Positions 1 through 9,819 of a DNA stretch of 64,000 nt are shown here, piece after piece (within the stretch, counting starts at the first letter, position 1; each line of letters opens with the position of its first letter). The position numbers and the translations under genes are program-made. Source of the DNA: Fidelibacterota bacterium (GTDB lineage Bacteria; Fidelibacterota; Marinisomatia; SCGC-AAA003-L08; TS1B11); assembly GCA_042568495.1 (NCBI GenBank), contig JBHPIW010000011.1, positions 8,586 through 72,585 on the forward strand. The letters are read 5' to 3'. Below the pieces are notes generated by a model, which saw only the letters and a list, made by a program, of their open reading frames with translations, ran no database searches and was not told the origin of the DNA.

Positions 1-2238
1 TCGTATCCATAACCAGTGGTGTCACCCACGTCAGATCGGAGACGAAATCGCTGTATTCGCTATAGTACAGATCAAAGGTGGCGCGGAGCCGGTCCCGAAT
101 TATGCCTACATAGCCCACTTCGTAGGTCCATAGGTCCTCGCTGATCACAGGATCAATAGCTACCATATCTTCCGACTGCAGCCATTGTTCCGTACGATCA
201 AGAATAGCTGGAATCTGTAGTGCAGCCCCCCTCGGGACGGGTGCCAACCTGAACTCCGTTGCTGATCCGGCCCGGAGATCGTACATCAGTAAATTTCCAT
301 CCGGGTCGCGGGAGTAGTGAAATCCAGAGGGATTTCCCCGTGCCATTACGGGGACGGGTGGCACAGTCCCGACGTGTAGCCTTAAATACAGGCCGGAAGA
401 AGAAGGAGTCCGGAAAGCCCTCGCGGCAGTCAGCCGGAAGGTCTGATTCGGGTCCGGCTTCCAGAGCAGTCCGATCTTCGGCGAAAACTGTGGTTGGTAG
501 CGGACAGAGCCGCCCAGGAGCGGGTCGTTGAGGAACTTGATTCCCTTATCCGATAACAGCCCGCTGTGTAGGTCCACCCGGCTGGCTGCGACCAGGTCTA
601 TCTGTGAAGTCAACCGTAAGGTAGTCTGAACATACACCCCGTATTCGTTGGTGGTAAGCAGCCCTTCCGCGAATTCATCGATCTTGCCGTCACCATCATT
701 GTCGATACCATCCTGATCATAACTCTCCGGATGGATTCGACCGGCTGGACCATCAGGAAGCGTTGTGCCATAGGTCTTAGGCATGGTACGCTGGTAATCG
801 AAGCCGGATATGACTTGGGAATCAAATAGCCGCGGCAGGTTCCCTGTAAGTTGCAGCTGGATGTGAAAGTAGGTGGATTCATCGCGGATGCGCTCGCCCG
901 TGCGTAGATTGCGTGTTGTTCCGGCATTGGAGGTGTTCAGATACACCTGGGCGTACAAGGGGCCCCTGACATATCGGACCTGGTAATACCGGTAGGTCCA
1001 ATCCTTAGCCAGGAAGCGAGCGGGAGGCGTGATGTTGATATTGGAGGCCACCGCTTGACCGTAACTCAGAATGATGCTATGGTCAGCCGCAAAGTCGTAG
1101 TCCAGCCTGAGATCCAGACGTTGATTTTCAATCCCGAAATCGGCTGTGTCGATCAATCCATCGTTATTCAGATCAGCGGTAATATTATCGATGGCGTAAA
1201 CCACGCTATCTAACGGATTGGTGTAGCTGCCATTGCCGTCCCTATCAAAGCGGATATCGTAGCCGTCCCAGATCCAATCGTATCTGAACGTATTGTCGTC
1301 AAGTTGGGCTCCCATCTCCCCGTCGTTTTCGGTCCAGAATCGGTGGTGACTTTTCTTTTCCTCGGGATCCACCCAGCGCCAATCAGTGGCACTGAAATCG
1401 ACGTAAGATACCTTGTAGCCCCATCTCCCTTTGGCTCCTGCATACCGGAACTGCCACTTGCGCAAATCATGATTGCCGATATTCAGTTCATTGTATCCCC
1501 CAACAGACAGGGAGGGCTTCTTGGTGATGATATTCGCAACTCCGGCGTAGGCATCTGGACCGTACAAGGCGGAAGAAGGTCCCAGTACGATCTCGATCTG
1601 GTCAATATCCTCGGAAGCTGTCGGGATTGTATTGTAGGCGATGAGTCTCAATGAGGGCACATTGGCTCTCCGGCCGTCAACCAGGGTCATCAGGCGTGAA
1701 CTGAAACTGGAATTGAAACCTCGGACTGACAGGTTGAAGGCATCAATGCCAGATGCAGTGAAGTCCACACCTTTAAAGTGCTTGAAATAATTCCCCAGGT
1801 TCGGGCTGGTTGACCGGCGGATTTCCGCTGCGGATAGCACCGCGGTGGCAGCCGGAGCATCGGTGATTTTCTCTCGTCGGCCCCGGCTGGCAGTGACCAC
1901 GTATCCCTTCAGCAGAATGGATTCCACCTCCAATTCCACATTGATTTCTAGCGCGGGACTCGTTTCTTTCCCCAATTCAATCATTCGTTCATATCTACGG
2001 TATCCGATGTAAGTCACTTCCAGCTGATAGGTATCGGCAGGCAAGCCTATGAGACTGAATTCGCCGCGCTCATCTGTAGCCACGCCTGCCACTTGCGCAA
2101 GTGATGTTCCGGTAAGTATAACATTGGCTCCCGGTAGAGGAACCAACGTTTCTTTATCACACACCGTCCCGTGAATCTCAAATTGGGCTGACTGTCCCCA
2201 GAGTGCAGCGGTGCATAGAATGACTGCCAGAATTCTCA
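1..2238 (-). CDS. TonB-dependent outer-membrane receptor, 5' part only (ATG at 2238; reading frame stays open to the window edge, so the gene continues beyond position 1). N-terminal carboxypeptidase-regulatory-like domain plus plug.
   Basis: My own translation from the ATG at 2238 gives 746 or more stop-free codons. It starts MRILAVILCTAALWGQSAQFEIHGTVCDKETLVPLPGANVILTG... (signal peptide plus CarbopepD_reg-like), then ...DQIEIVLGPSSALYGPDAYAGVANIITKKP (TonB plug signature). It contains a DNDGDGKIDE Ca-binding-like loop. It is absent from the ORF track because there is no stop inside the window. Confidence 0.75.
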
Positions 2239-2350
2239 TGGCTCTAGCTGCAACAAGATCATTGATAGGGTCCAGTATAGAGCAAGTTCCTCACCGGCTA
2301 TTGAATGTTGGGCCGATTGTTAAATCCATCTGAATTGTAAGTCATGCAGT

Positions 2351-3430
2351 TTAGGGAATTCTGGTCCAGGTTGTGGTGTATTCGATGATCTCATTGATTG
2401 GGACACAAACAGGATTGACGATCTCATATCTCAGTTTTCCACCGCCGGCTGCATTTGTCTCATCGAATTCTTCAACGCTGTCATCCGTACCCAACAGAGT
2501 TGTATAGGGAATATCCAGTCCCGTGATATCCTCCACTAATCCGTCATCCGCTCTTTGTTCGAGCAGCGCCAGAGCCTCCTCATACGTTACCGAGCTGTCA
2601 GCTATAAGTGCCTCCGCCGCTACCTTGATCGTGAGAGCATATAACGTGAGAAAATTTCCCCAGCGTGACGAGCGGCCGCTCCGGTCCCTGATGAAACCGG
2701 TGGGGCTCAGCCAGCCCCGGGATGAAAAGGCACCGTCAAGGCCAACTGGTAGATCAGCGGCACCGTGGATCACTCGCCTAGCTTCGTCCCAGTCCTCACC
2801 ATATCCCTCCGCCAGTTGATCATGACCATCGCGGTCGATGAATATGATCTCCGCTGTGATTCCGTTGTTGTAAAACGCCAGTTGTCCATCATCGAAGGTT
2901 GGCAATACCTGATCGTAAGGCCCCGGCTGAATTCCAAAGCGTCCATTGAGATAATCAGCCTCGTAAATCCCGGAATCGAAAATCTGGGGAATAATCATTT
3001 CGGTCCTGCAGGAGTCTATAACCAACCTCAGGGTTGGATAGGTACCGGTGATCGAATATGTGAGATCCTCATTGAACGTCGCGGTCATTGAAATTTCCAA
3101 AATCTGCAGCAAAACCGAATTGAGGGCGGCAATGGTATCGAGAATGGTATCTCCGACGGCAAATGCAGCAATGGTCTGGGGAGTCATAAAGGCAGGTACA
3201 TCTGCAAAAACAAGCGAATCCACCAGGCGCCCGGTGACCAGGTAAACCGTATCCGCTGGACTTCCGGCAGGCTGAGCGATATCTCTCACCCAGTCAACCC
3301 TCAATTCAGACAGTTGCCAGTGGCCCACCAGTGACCCAGTGTTATCAAGTTCATTTTTCTCATCACAATGACCGACCAGAATAATTACAGCCAGAGCAGC
3401 CGGCCAGATTCTGATAGAGTGTAGTCTCAT
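2351..3430 (-). CDS. Hypothetical lipoprotein, downstream partner of the TonB receptor
   Basis: Start most likely at MRLHSIRIWPAALAVIILVGHC (signal peptide with a lipobox-like ...LVGHC), not at the upstream MNKIII... chosen by the ORF track. No recognisable catalytic motifs. Confidence 0.45.
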   Translation of the reverse strand: MRLHSIRIWPAALAVIILVGHCDEKNELDNTGSLVGHWQLSELRVDWVRDIAQPAGSPADTVYLVTGRLVDSLVFADVPAFMTPQTIAAFAVGDTILDTIAALNSVLLQILEISMTATFNEDLTYSITGTYPTLRLVIDSCRTEMIIPQIFDSGIYEADYLNGRFGIQPGPYDQVLPTFDDGQLAFYNNGITAEIIFIDRDGHDQLAEGYGEDWDEARRVIHGAADLPVGLDGAFSSRGWLSPTGFIRDRSGRSSRWGNFLTLYALTIKVAAEALIADSSVTYEEALALLEQRADDGLVEDITGLDIPYTTLLGTDDSVEEFDETNAAGGGKLRYEIVNPVCVPINEIIEYTTTWTRIP

Positions 3431-3629
3431 GAGATCTCCTGGAGTAATGATCAGATTCCGATGCAAAGATGTAAAAAGGTAGAACACACCAATTTGGGTT
3501 ACAATGATTATTTTATTCAATCAGGGCAATTAATTATGGCGAGCTGCGGCAGCATAAGGTGATGATAGAGAGGCTGAATTGAAAGGATGTAAGGGGTGAA
3601 GCGCCGGGGAGAATTATGCCGAAATCAAG

Positions 3630-3746
3630 TTATTTCTGTTTACTCATCCACCGCCAGAACGTCATGATGAGAATAACAATCCCCAGGGTTAGAGGCAGCG
3701 TGACGGTTAGAAAATGTTCTCCCACATAACGGAATACATCTCCCAT
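3630..3746 (-). CDS. Possible 38-aa single-pass membrane protein (MGDVFRYVGEHFLTVTLPLTLGIVILIMTFWRWMSKQK), likely co-transcribed at the 3' end of the etfBA-EMO operon
   Basis: GGGAGG lies 8 nt upstream of the ATG. The ORF starts 24 nt after the stop of the Fe-S oxidoreductase gene on the same strand. It has a hydrophobic core with a basic C-terminus. It falls below the 60-aa cut-off of the ORF track. Confidence 0.3.
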   Translation of the reverse strand: MGDVFRYVGEHFLTVTLPLTLGIVILIMTFWRWMSKQK

Positions 3747-3770
3747 AGCTCCAGCCTCCCTACTGTGTAC

Positions 3771-5822
3771 TCACTCCTTGATGCCAGGAGGAGTATCTGT
3801 TTCTGACAGGTTCCCAGCGACCAGTTCAGCGATATCCTTTAGTTGTACGCTTTCTTCCCGGCCGCTCACTTTTAGGGCGTCATCCAACATAATCAAGCAG
3901 TAGGAGCAGGCGGTGGCTATGGTCTCAGCACCGGTTGCCACAGCTTGATCCAGACGCTCCGTATTGATTCGTTCCCCCTGATCGATCTCATACCACATAT
4001 TTCCGCCCCCGGCTCCGCAGCAGAAGCTTTGAGCATGCGACTTGGTCATTTCCACTATCTCGCCTATCGGATTCATGATTCGGCGCACCAGTTCTCGCGG
4101 TTGTCTGTAGATGCCATGATGCCGGCCAAGGTAGCAGGGATCGTGATACGTCACCCTCTCTGCTACGTTCGAGGATAATGCCAAACGGCCTTGACAGATT
4201 AGTTCTTCAAGGTAGGTTGAATGATGCAGCACCTGCCAGTTTGCGCCCAGCTGGCGGTAGTCAAATCCTATAGTCTGGAAGCAGTGAGGGCAGGGAGTGA
4301 CAATTTTATTGAATGTGTATTTGGAAAGGGTGGTGATATTTTCTTGAGCCAGGGTTTCGTACAGGTACTCCTCACCCATGCGGCGGGCAAAATCGCCGGT
4401 GCAATTCTCTTCCTCACCCAGCACAGCATAGTCCACGCCCGCGGCCCTAAAGATGGTAACCAGGGCTCGGCTGACCTCTTGGTTACGGGGATCATAGGCA
4501 CCTGCGCACCCCACCCAGTAAAGTACGTCTGCCTGCTTTTTTTCGGACATCACCGGTACATCCAGCTCCGCATCCAGCGCCCATTTCAGTCGGTTCGCCC
4601 GTGGGAAACCCCATGGATTTCCGTGCTGCGATGTCTTTTCCAATGGACTCGCTGCGTCCTGGGGCGGTTTTCCTTCGGACAAGATTAGATGCCTGCGCAT
4701 TTCTATAATTGTTGGAATATGATCGATCAGCACCGGGCACACTTCCATGCATGCGCCACAGCTGGTGCATGACCACAACTCCATTGGAGTGATCAATTCT
4801 CCTATGAGTGCTTTAAGAAGAACCCGGTCACCAATAGTCGTGCCATACAGGTTGTGGCGCAGATCCTGGATGATCTTCATCGGCGAAAGCGGTTTTCCTG
4901 TGGCGTACGCTGGGCATACGGATGTACACCGCGCACATTCCGTGCAGGCGAGTACGTCTAGGAGCTGCTTACGGCTGAACTCTCTGATCTCGCCCGCCCC
5001 CAGCGCTAGTCTTTCTACATCAATCTCAGGATTCTCCAATAGCTGAGCGATATTCATCGATCGAAGATTGCCCCGCTCGGCATTGTTAGTAAGAGCCACA
5101 TTTACGATTCCCATCAGGATGTGGAATAGTTTGGTCTGTGGCAGCAAAGCGATCAGGATTAAAGCCAGTCCGGCATGACTCCACCACAGCCATGGCTGCC
5201 AGGTGATCCAGGTTGATACCGGGACCAGGGAGGTCAACGGATACGCAATGAAGGAGGATGGTGCATGAGCGGGATTCTCGATTGCCAGTCGTGCCGATTC
5301 CGCAATGAATCCACCTGCGACCAGCAGAAGCAGGAGCACAAGTATCCCCGTATCGGCGAACACACTGCCTCGCTCACGAAATGCCTTATGTGGCAGAGGT
5401 TCCGGCCTGAGTCCCGAATATCGACGCACAATGGCCAGCACAACACCGGCAAAAAGTAGCAGACCTCCGATCTCGTTGAGGATCGCGAACCAGGGCGTGT
5501 CCTTCGCAGGGAGGAAGTCTGTCCATACTCCGCGTTCCACCAGGAAATCTATACTGGTGGCGAAGAAGAGTTCGATGAAGCCCCAACCTAGACACAGGTG
5601 CATGATCGTGGCATAGGTGAATTGTCTGGAGGAAACTTTGCGTTGGCCGATCCCGTAATACACCAGATTCCGGAGGATTTCCCAAAATCTGAGAGATAGG
5701 GCTTCCCGGCGGCCAATTTTTATCACGAATGCTCGTCGGAAATTGTAGAAAAAATAAAATAAGGCGAGACCCGCAAAGATGTAAAAGACCTTGGGAACGT
5801 GTATTATCTCACCATCAATCAT
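3771..5822 (-). CDS. Membrane-bound Fe-S oxidoreductase: N-terminal cytochrome-b-like TM domain, 2x[4Fe-4S] ferredoxin motifs and two CCG (HdrD/GlpC-like) domains. Putative EtfAB:quinone oxidoreductase (EMO/FixX-like partner of Etf).
   Basis: The roughly 250-aa N-terminus has 5-6 hydrophobic helices with conserved His (IMHLCLGW, WWSHAG, LFHILMG). It is followed by CTECARCTSVCP and CTSCGACMEVCP clusters and by CCG motifs (VGCAGAYD...CTGD; DPCYLGRH...FCCGAGGG). It sits immediately downstream of etfBA. Confidence 0.8.
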   Translation of the reverse strand: MIDGEIIHVPKVFYIFAGLALFYFFYNFRRAFVIKIGRREALSLRFWEILRNLVYYGIGQRKVSSRQFTYATIMHLCLGWGFIELFFATSIDFLVERGVWTDFLPAKDTPWFAILNEIGGLLLFAGVVLAIVRRYSGLRPEPLPHKAFRERGSVFADTGILVLLLLLVAGGFIAESARLAIENPAHAPSSFIAYPLTSLVPVSTWITWQPWLWWSHAGLALILIALLPQTKLFHILMGIVNVALTNNAERGNLRSMNIAQLLENPEIDVERLALGAGEIREFSRKQLLDVLACTECARCTSVCPAYATGKPLSPMKIIQDLRHNLYGTTIGDRVLLKALIGELITPMELWSCTSCGACMEVCPVLIDHIPTIIEMRRHLILSEGKPPQDAASPLEKTSQHGNPWGFPRANRLKWALDAELDVPVMSEKKQADVLYWVGCAGAYDPRNQEVSRALVTIFRAAGVDYAVLGEEENCTGDFARRMGEEYLYETLAQENITTLSKYTFNKIVTPCPHCFQTIGFDYRQLGANWQVLHHSTYLEELICQGRLALSSNVAERVTYHDPCYLGRHHGIYRQPRELVRRIMNPIGEIVEMTKSHAQSFCCGAGGGNMWYEIDQGERINTERLDQAVATGAETIATACSYCLIMLDDALKVSGREESVQLKDIAELVAGNLSETDTPPGIKE

Positions 5823-5932
5823 TTCCCGAAAACCTTAGTAGATATCTTGAGAGCCAGAGTCTTGGTTACGTTCCATATATTCTACCATTCTGCCCTATGT
5901 TCCGGATCCATGCCTGGTATGCGGGAAAGAAC

Positions 5933-6898
5933 CTATGTGCGTTCCTTGAGGGCGACTGTCAGGTGCGGAACAATCTCGATGAGATCGGCTACAATGCCAT
6001 AGTCAGCTACATCAAATATTGGGGCGTTCTGGTCTTTATTGATGGCAACGATGCAGTTGGAATTCTTCATTCCCACTTGATGCTGGATGGCGCCGGAGAT
6101 TCCCACCGCAATATATAACTTGGGGGAGACGGTCTGGCCTGATGAACCTATCTGGCGCTCATGGGGCAGCCAACCATAATCCACTACCGGCCGGGATGAG
6201 CCCAGCTCGGCACCCAATGCTTCCGCTAGTTCCTTGATCATCTCCAGATTCTCTTCTTTCCCGATACCACGACCGATGGAAATGATCCGCTCGGCACGAC
6301 TGAGATCAACGGCATCCCTGGCCTCCTGAAACCTCTCACCAGGTCGTACCCGCGGCTGGATTTCCGCCAAATCGACATCAATACTGCGAACCTGGGATGA
6401 ACCGGTAGCTAATCCGTCTGACCTGAAGGCGCCCGGTTGAAACGCCACAAAAACCAGCCCGGGTGTGGTTTGGACATCAGAATTGATTTTTCCCTGAAAG
6501 ATCTGACGACTCCATACCAGCTCCCTATTGTAATGAAAGCCGATGCAGTCACTTATCAGCGGCCTTTTCCAGCGGCGGGCAAGCCGTGGTATCCAGTCCC
6601 GTGCCTGGTAGGTATAACCCGCAAGGAATAGATCCGGCTGTTCCGCATCGAGAATCTGGCTCATGGCAGCCGTGTAATACTCGGCGGAATACGCCACCAA
6701 TTCATTGCCTGGCACCAGCAGGATTTCACTCATCTGCAGATTTGCGAGTTCATCCGGTATCTGCTCTAGCCCAAACACCACACCGGTGATTTTGGCGTGT
6801 AAGGCTTCCGCCAGATCCTGGGCGCCCTGTAGAGCCTCAAGTGAGGACCGAGAAACTTTGCCATCTTGATGTTGAATAAACGTAAGGATGCTGTCCAT
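5933..6898 (-). CDS. etfA: Electron transfer flavoprotein alpha subunit
   Basis: ...PKLYIAVGISGAIQHQVGMKNSNCIVAINKDQNAPIF... is the classic EtfA FAD-binding C-terminal signature. The stop is 3 nt from the etfB stop region and the genes are operonic. Confidence 0.9.
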   Translation of the reverse strand: MDSILTFIQHQDGKVSRSSLEALQGAQDLAEALHAKITGVVFGLEQIPDELANLQMSEILLVPGNELVAYSAEYYTAAMSQILDAEQPDLFLAGYTYQARDWIPRLARRWKRPLISDCIGFHYNRELVWSRQIFQGKINSDVQTTPGLVFVAFQPGAFRSDGLATGSSQVRSIDVDLAEIQPRVRPGERFQEARDAVDLSRAERIISIGRGIGKEENLEMIKELAEALGAELGSSRPVVDYGWLPHERQIGSSGQTVSPKLYIAVGISGAIQHQVGMKNSNCIVAINKDQNAPIFDVADYGIVADLIEIVPHLTVALKERT

Positions 6899-6900
6899 AA

Positions 6901-7680
6901 TTATATGACTTTCGCTTCATTGTCGAGTTTGTCGATCAGCTGCGTGACAACTTCATCAGGTGTACCTACCAGGAAGGTGGTCTCTTTCACCCGGGGAGGA
7001 ATATAGATGCGGTTTATGTGTTGATCCACCAACAGCTCGGTAGGATCCTGCCCAAGGTCATCGGCTGCCAACTGCTTGATCTCTTTACTCTTCATCGCCA
7101 TGATACCCCGGAGGCTTGCATAACGGGGTTTGTTGATCCCCGACTGGATGGTGAGAAGAGCCGGGAGGTCTACCTCGATGTGTTGAAACCAGCCCCCCTC
7201 CTGTTCCTGTTTCACCTTGAGTCGACCATCAAGTAACTCGGTTTCAACAACCAACGTTACATGAGGAAGATCCAGTTCCTCTGCTAACAAGGGTCCCAAC
7301 TGGGAGTCACCCGTATCGTCGGACTGGAGTCCGCAAAGCACGAGATCAAATTCCTCTTCCTTCAATGTTTTTGCGAGAATCGTGGCTGTGCCTTGGTTGT
7401 CCAGGTGCTGGAAAGCAGGATCATTCAGGAATAGCGCCCGATCGGCTCCCTTCGCCAGTGCATCCTTAAGGACCTGGCCTGAACGTTCCTGGCCTACACT
7501 GCAAACGACAACTTCGCCTCCATGGGATTCCTTGAGAAGTAAGGCTTCCTCCAATGCATAGGAATCACATTCACTGGTAGTGAATACGAGTTGATCTTCT
7601 ATAACCCATGTCTCGTCGGAATTGATTCTTAATATAGATTCTTTATCGGGGACTTGCTTGATCAGGACGCATAAATTCAT
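6901..7680 (-). CDS. etfB: Electron transfer flavoprotein beta subunit
   Basis: MNLCVLIKQVPDKESILRIN...VVCSVGQE...LVLCGLQSDDTGDSQLGPLLAEELDLPHVT is the canonical EtfB sequence. Confidence 0.9.
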   Translation of the reverse strand: MNLCVLIKQVPDKESILRINSDETWVIEDQLVFTTSECDSYALEEALLLKESHGGEVVVCSVGQERSGQVLKDALAKGADRALFLNDPAFQHLDNQGTATILAKTLKEEEFDLVLCGLQSDDTGDSQLGPLLAEELDLPHVTLVVETELLDGRLKVKQEQEGGWFQHIEVDLPALLTIQSGINKPRYASLRGIMAMKSKEIKQLAADDLGQDPTELLVDQHINRIYIPPRVKETTFLVGTPDEVVTQLIDKLDNEAKVI

Positions 7681-7814
7681 ATCAGGCCTTTCATGGATCT
7701 GGATATGTTATACAGATTTCTTCCACACAGATTTCAGTTCGAGTATTTCGTGTGAGCTAATTTAGATTATTATGGGTAATGGCTTGCTCCTCATAGAAGC
7801 GGGCGATGTGTTAA

Positions 7815-8228
7815 TTAAAAATATTCCAACGGTTCTTCCTGCAAGCTGGTTTGAATCTGGCCATTCTCTCCCGTCAGGCTGAGAATGTAGTCTTCCCCTG
7901 CGTCAAGTTGCAGGGACACATAACATGATTGTGAAGTTTGGTTACCATCGCAAGGTACCCGCCGAATTACCAGCACATTTTGATCGGAATGAATTTCAAG
8001 GTGACGAACGACCTGTTGTCCGGGTAGTATCGATGGATCAACCATAAATGTTTGCATGAGACTTCCATCGCTGCCCTCTACGAAGACCCAGTGACCCTCG
8101 AATCCTTGTAATATGTGTACCTCAAGAGTGGAGACTGTCTCCGAATTGGCCATATTGAATAGTTGGCCGCAACCTGCTGTAAATAACCAAGCGAGCAGCA
8201 AGATGGGGATTATTTTAACATGAGCCAT
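7815..8228 (-). CDS. Hypothetical lipoprotein
   Basis: Start at MAHVKIIPILLLAWLFTAGCGQ (signal peptide plus lipobox Cys). The upstream part of the ORF-track ORF (MSYPGRFCFCHC...) looks non-coding. Confidence 0.4.
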   Translation of the reverse strand: MAHVKIIPILLLAWLFTAGCGQLFNMANSETVSTLEVHILQGFEGHWVFVEGSDGSLMQTFMVDPSILPGQQVVRHLEIHSDQNVLVIRRVPCDGNQTSQSCYVSLQLDAGEDYILSLTGENGQIQTSLQEEPLEYF

Positions 8229-8421
8229 GATTGTCACCCTTCTCAGACAGTGACAGAAACAGAACCTACCTGGATATGACATCAGGCCATACGCTGTGGA
8301 ACTTAGAAAGTCGTCAAATGAATTTCAAGATATACGGCACAATCCGGAAATCCGGCCATGGAAAAGCACCCGATTCCCCCGTTCTTGATAGTAAAATACG
8401 CCTATGTAGATAGGGGACAGA

Positions 8422-9819
8422 ATGAAACTTCGGCTATTCATAATCATAGGGTTCTTGCTGACATCAGCCAGCTTCCTGCATGCCCGGAAAGTGATCTCTG
8501 ATAAGATTCTTGATAACGGATTGCACGTTGTTGTAGTCGAGAATCATACGGTGCCCCTGGCAACCATCGCGGTTGTTTTCAAGTACGGCTCATTCGTTGA
8601 GAATGCGGAGAATAACGGACTCGCGCATTTACTTACACATATGCTTTTCCAGTCCCAACGAAATATACCCATTCTTCCCGCGCGCCTCCGGCAGTCAAAT
8701 CGCTTATATCCAACTCAGGAGGCGTATCTGAATCGCCTTCAGGAATTGGGCGCCTTGACTGCCGGAGGCGCGCGGGAAGAATGGGTATATTTCGTTGGGA
8801 CCCTCGCAGCAGACTCCCTCGAATCCGGACTTGAATATGTATCCGAGTCAGTGCAGTACCCCATGTTTACCGATGAAGTACTACAGTACGGAAAGCAGTC
8901 CGTGTTAAGCGAGCTTGAAGAAATCATGGCTAACCCGAAGTACGAGCTAGATAAGGGCATAAGCAATCACTTGTGGGGCAAGTATTATTTCAGCAGGAAA
9001 AATTATTTTGGAAAACGTGAGGTCGTGGATACTGCGACAATTGAACAGATCCGACTCGCGCAGGAACAGTATATCGTCCCCAACAACGCTGCGCTGCTCA
9101 TCGCGGGGGATGTGAAGCCCCGACAGGTCTTTAAAATTGCCCGGGATATGTTCAGTGATTGGCAAGCGGGCGCCGATCCGGCAAACATCAGCTCTATCCC
9201 ACCCGTACCACCCCTGATGGCGAACCAGGACACCATCGTGACCCAGCCGGTAAATAATGTGGAGCTCTTATTGGCTTGGCAAGGCCCCGGCGTAAATGAT
9301 GATGTGAAGGGTACCTTTGCTGCGGATGTGTTCTCATTCATTATGGGTCAGCAAACCTCTGAATTCCAAAGGAATCTTGTTGGCTCGGGGCTCGCCCTGC
9401 ATGCGGAAGTTTTCTATTATACTCAAAAATGGAACGGTCCGATCTATATCCGACTCATGTGCCGTCCACAAAAGTTTTGGGATCTTTACCGGGCCGTAAA
9501 CGCTGAAATCCAACACTTTACTACGACAGACTATTTCACGGATAAGCAGCTGGAGAATGCCAAGACAATGCTGGAGGTCAATGCTGTATATCAACGCGAC
9601 GAGGCCTCCAAAGAAATTCACTCGGTCGGCTTCTGGTGGGCTGTCACAGGGTTGGAATATTACCGATCCTACCTGGACAATCTGCGGGCAGTCAGCCGGG
9701 AAGATATCGACAATTATGTAAACCGATACATTCTTGACCGGCCACACGTTACCGGCGCTCTTATGAGTCGCGAGGTTAAAAGACAGCTCAATGCGGGAGA
9801 AGGGAGTCTCTTGCCATGA
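8422..9819 (+). CDS. Secreted M16-family (pitrilysin-like) protein with a degenerate zinc motif (HLLTH in place of HxxEH)
   Basis: Signal peptide MKLRLFIIIGFLLTSASFLHA. M16 N-domain ...NGLAHLLTHMLFQS... aligns to G-x-x-H-F-L-E-H-M-x-F-K-G-T. Both His are kept, but the catalytic Glu is Thr. Confidence 0.8.
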   Translation: MKLRLFIIIGFLLTSASFLHARKVISDKILDNGLHVVVVENHTVPLATIAVVFKYGSFVENAENNGLAHLLTHMLFQSQRNIPILPARLRQSNRLYPTQEAYLNRLQELGALTAGGAREEWVYFVGTLAADSLESGLEYVSESVQYPMFTDEVLQYGKQSVLSELEEIMANPKYELDKGISNHLWGKYYFSRKNYFGKREVVDTATIEQIRLAQEQYIVPNNAALLIAGDVKPRQVFKIARDMFSDWQAGADPANISSIPPVPPLMANQDTIVTQPVNNVELLLAWQGPGVNDDVKGTFAADVFSFIMGQQTSEFQRNLVGSGLALHAEVFYYTQKWNGPIYIRLMCRPQKFWDLYRAVNAEIQHFTTTDYFTDKQLENAKTMLEVNAVYQRDEASKEIHSVGFWWAVTGLEYYRSYLDNLRAVSREDIDNYVNRYILDRPHVTGALMSREVKRQLNAGEGSLLP

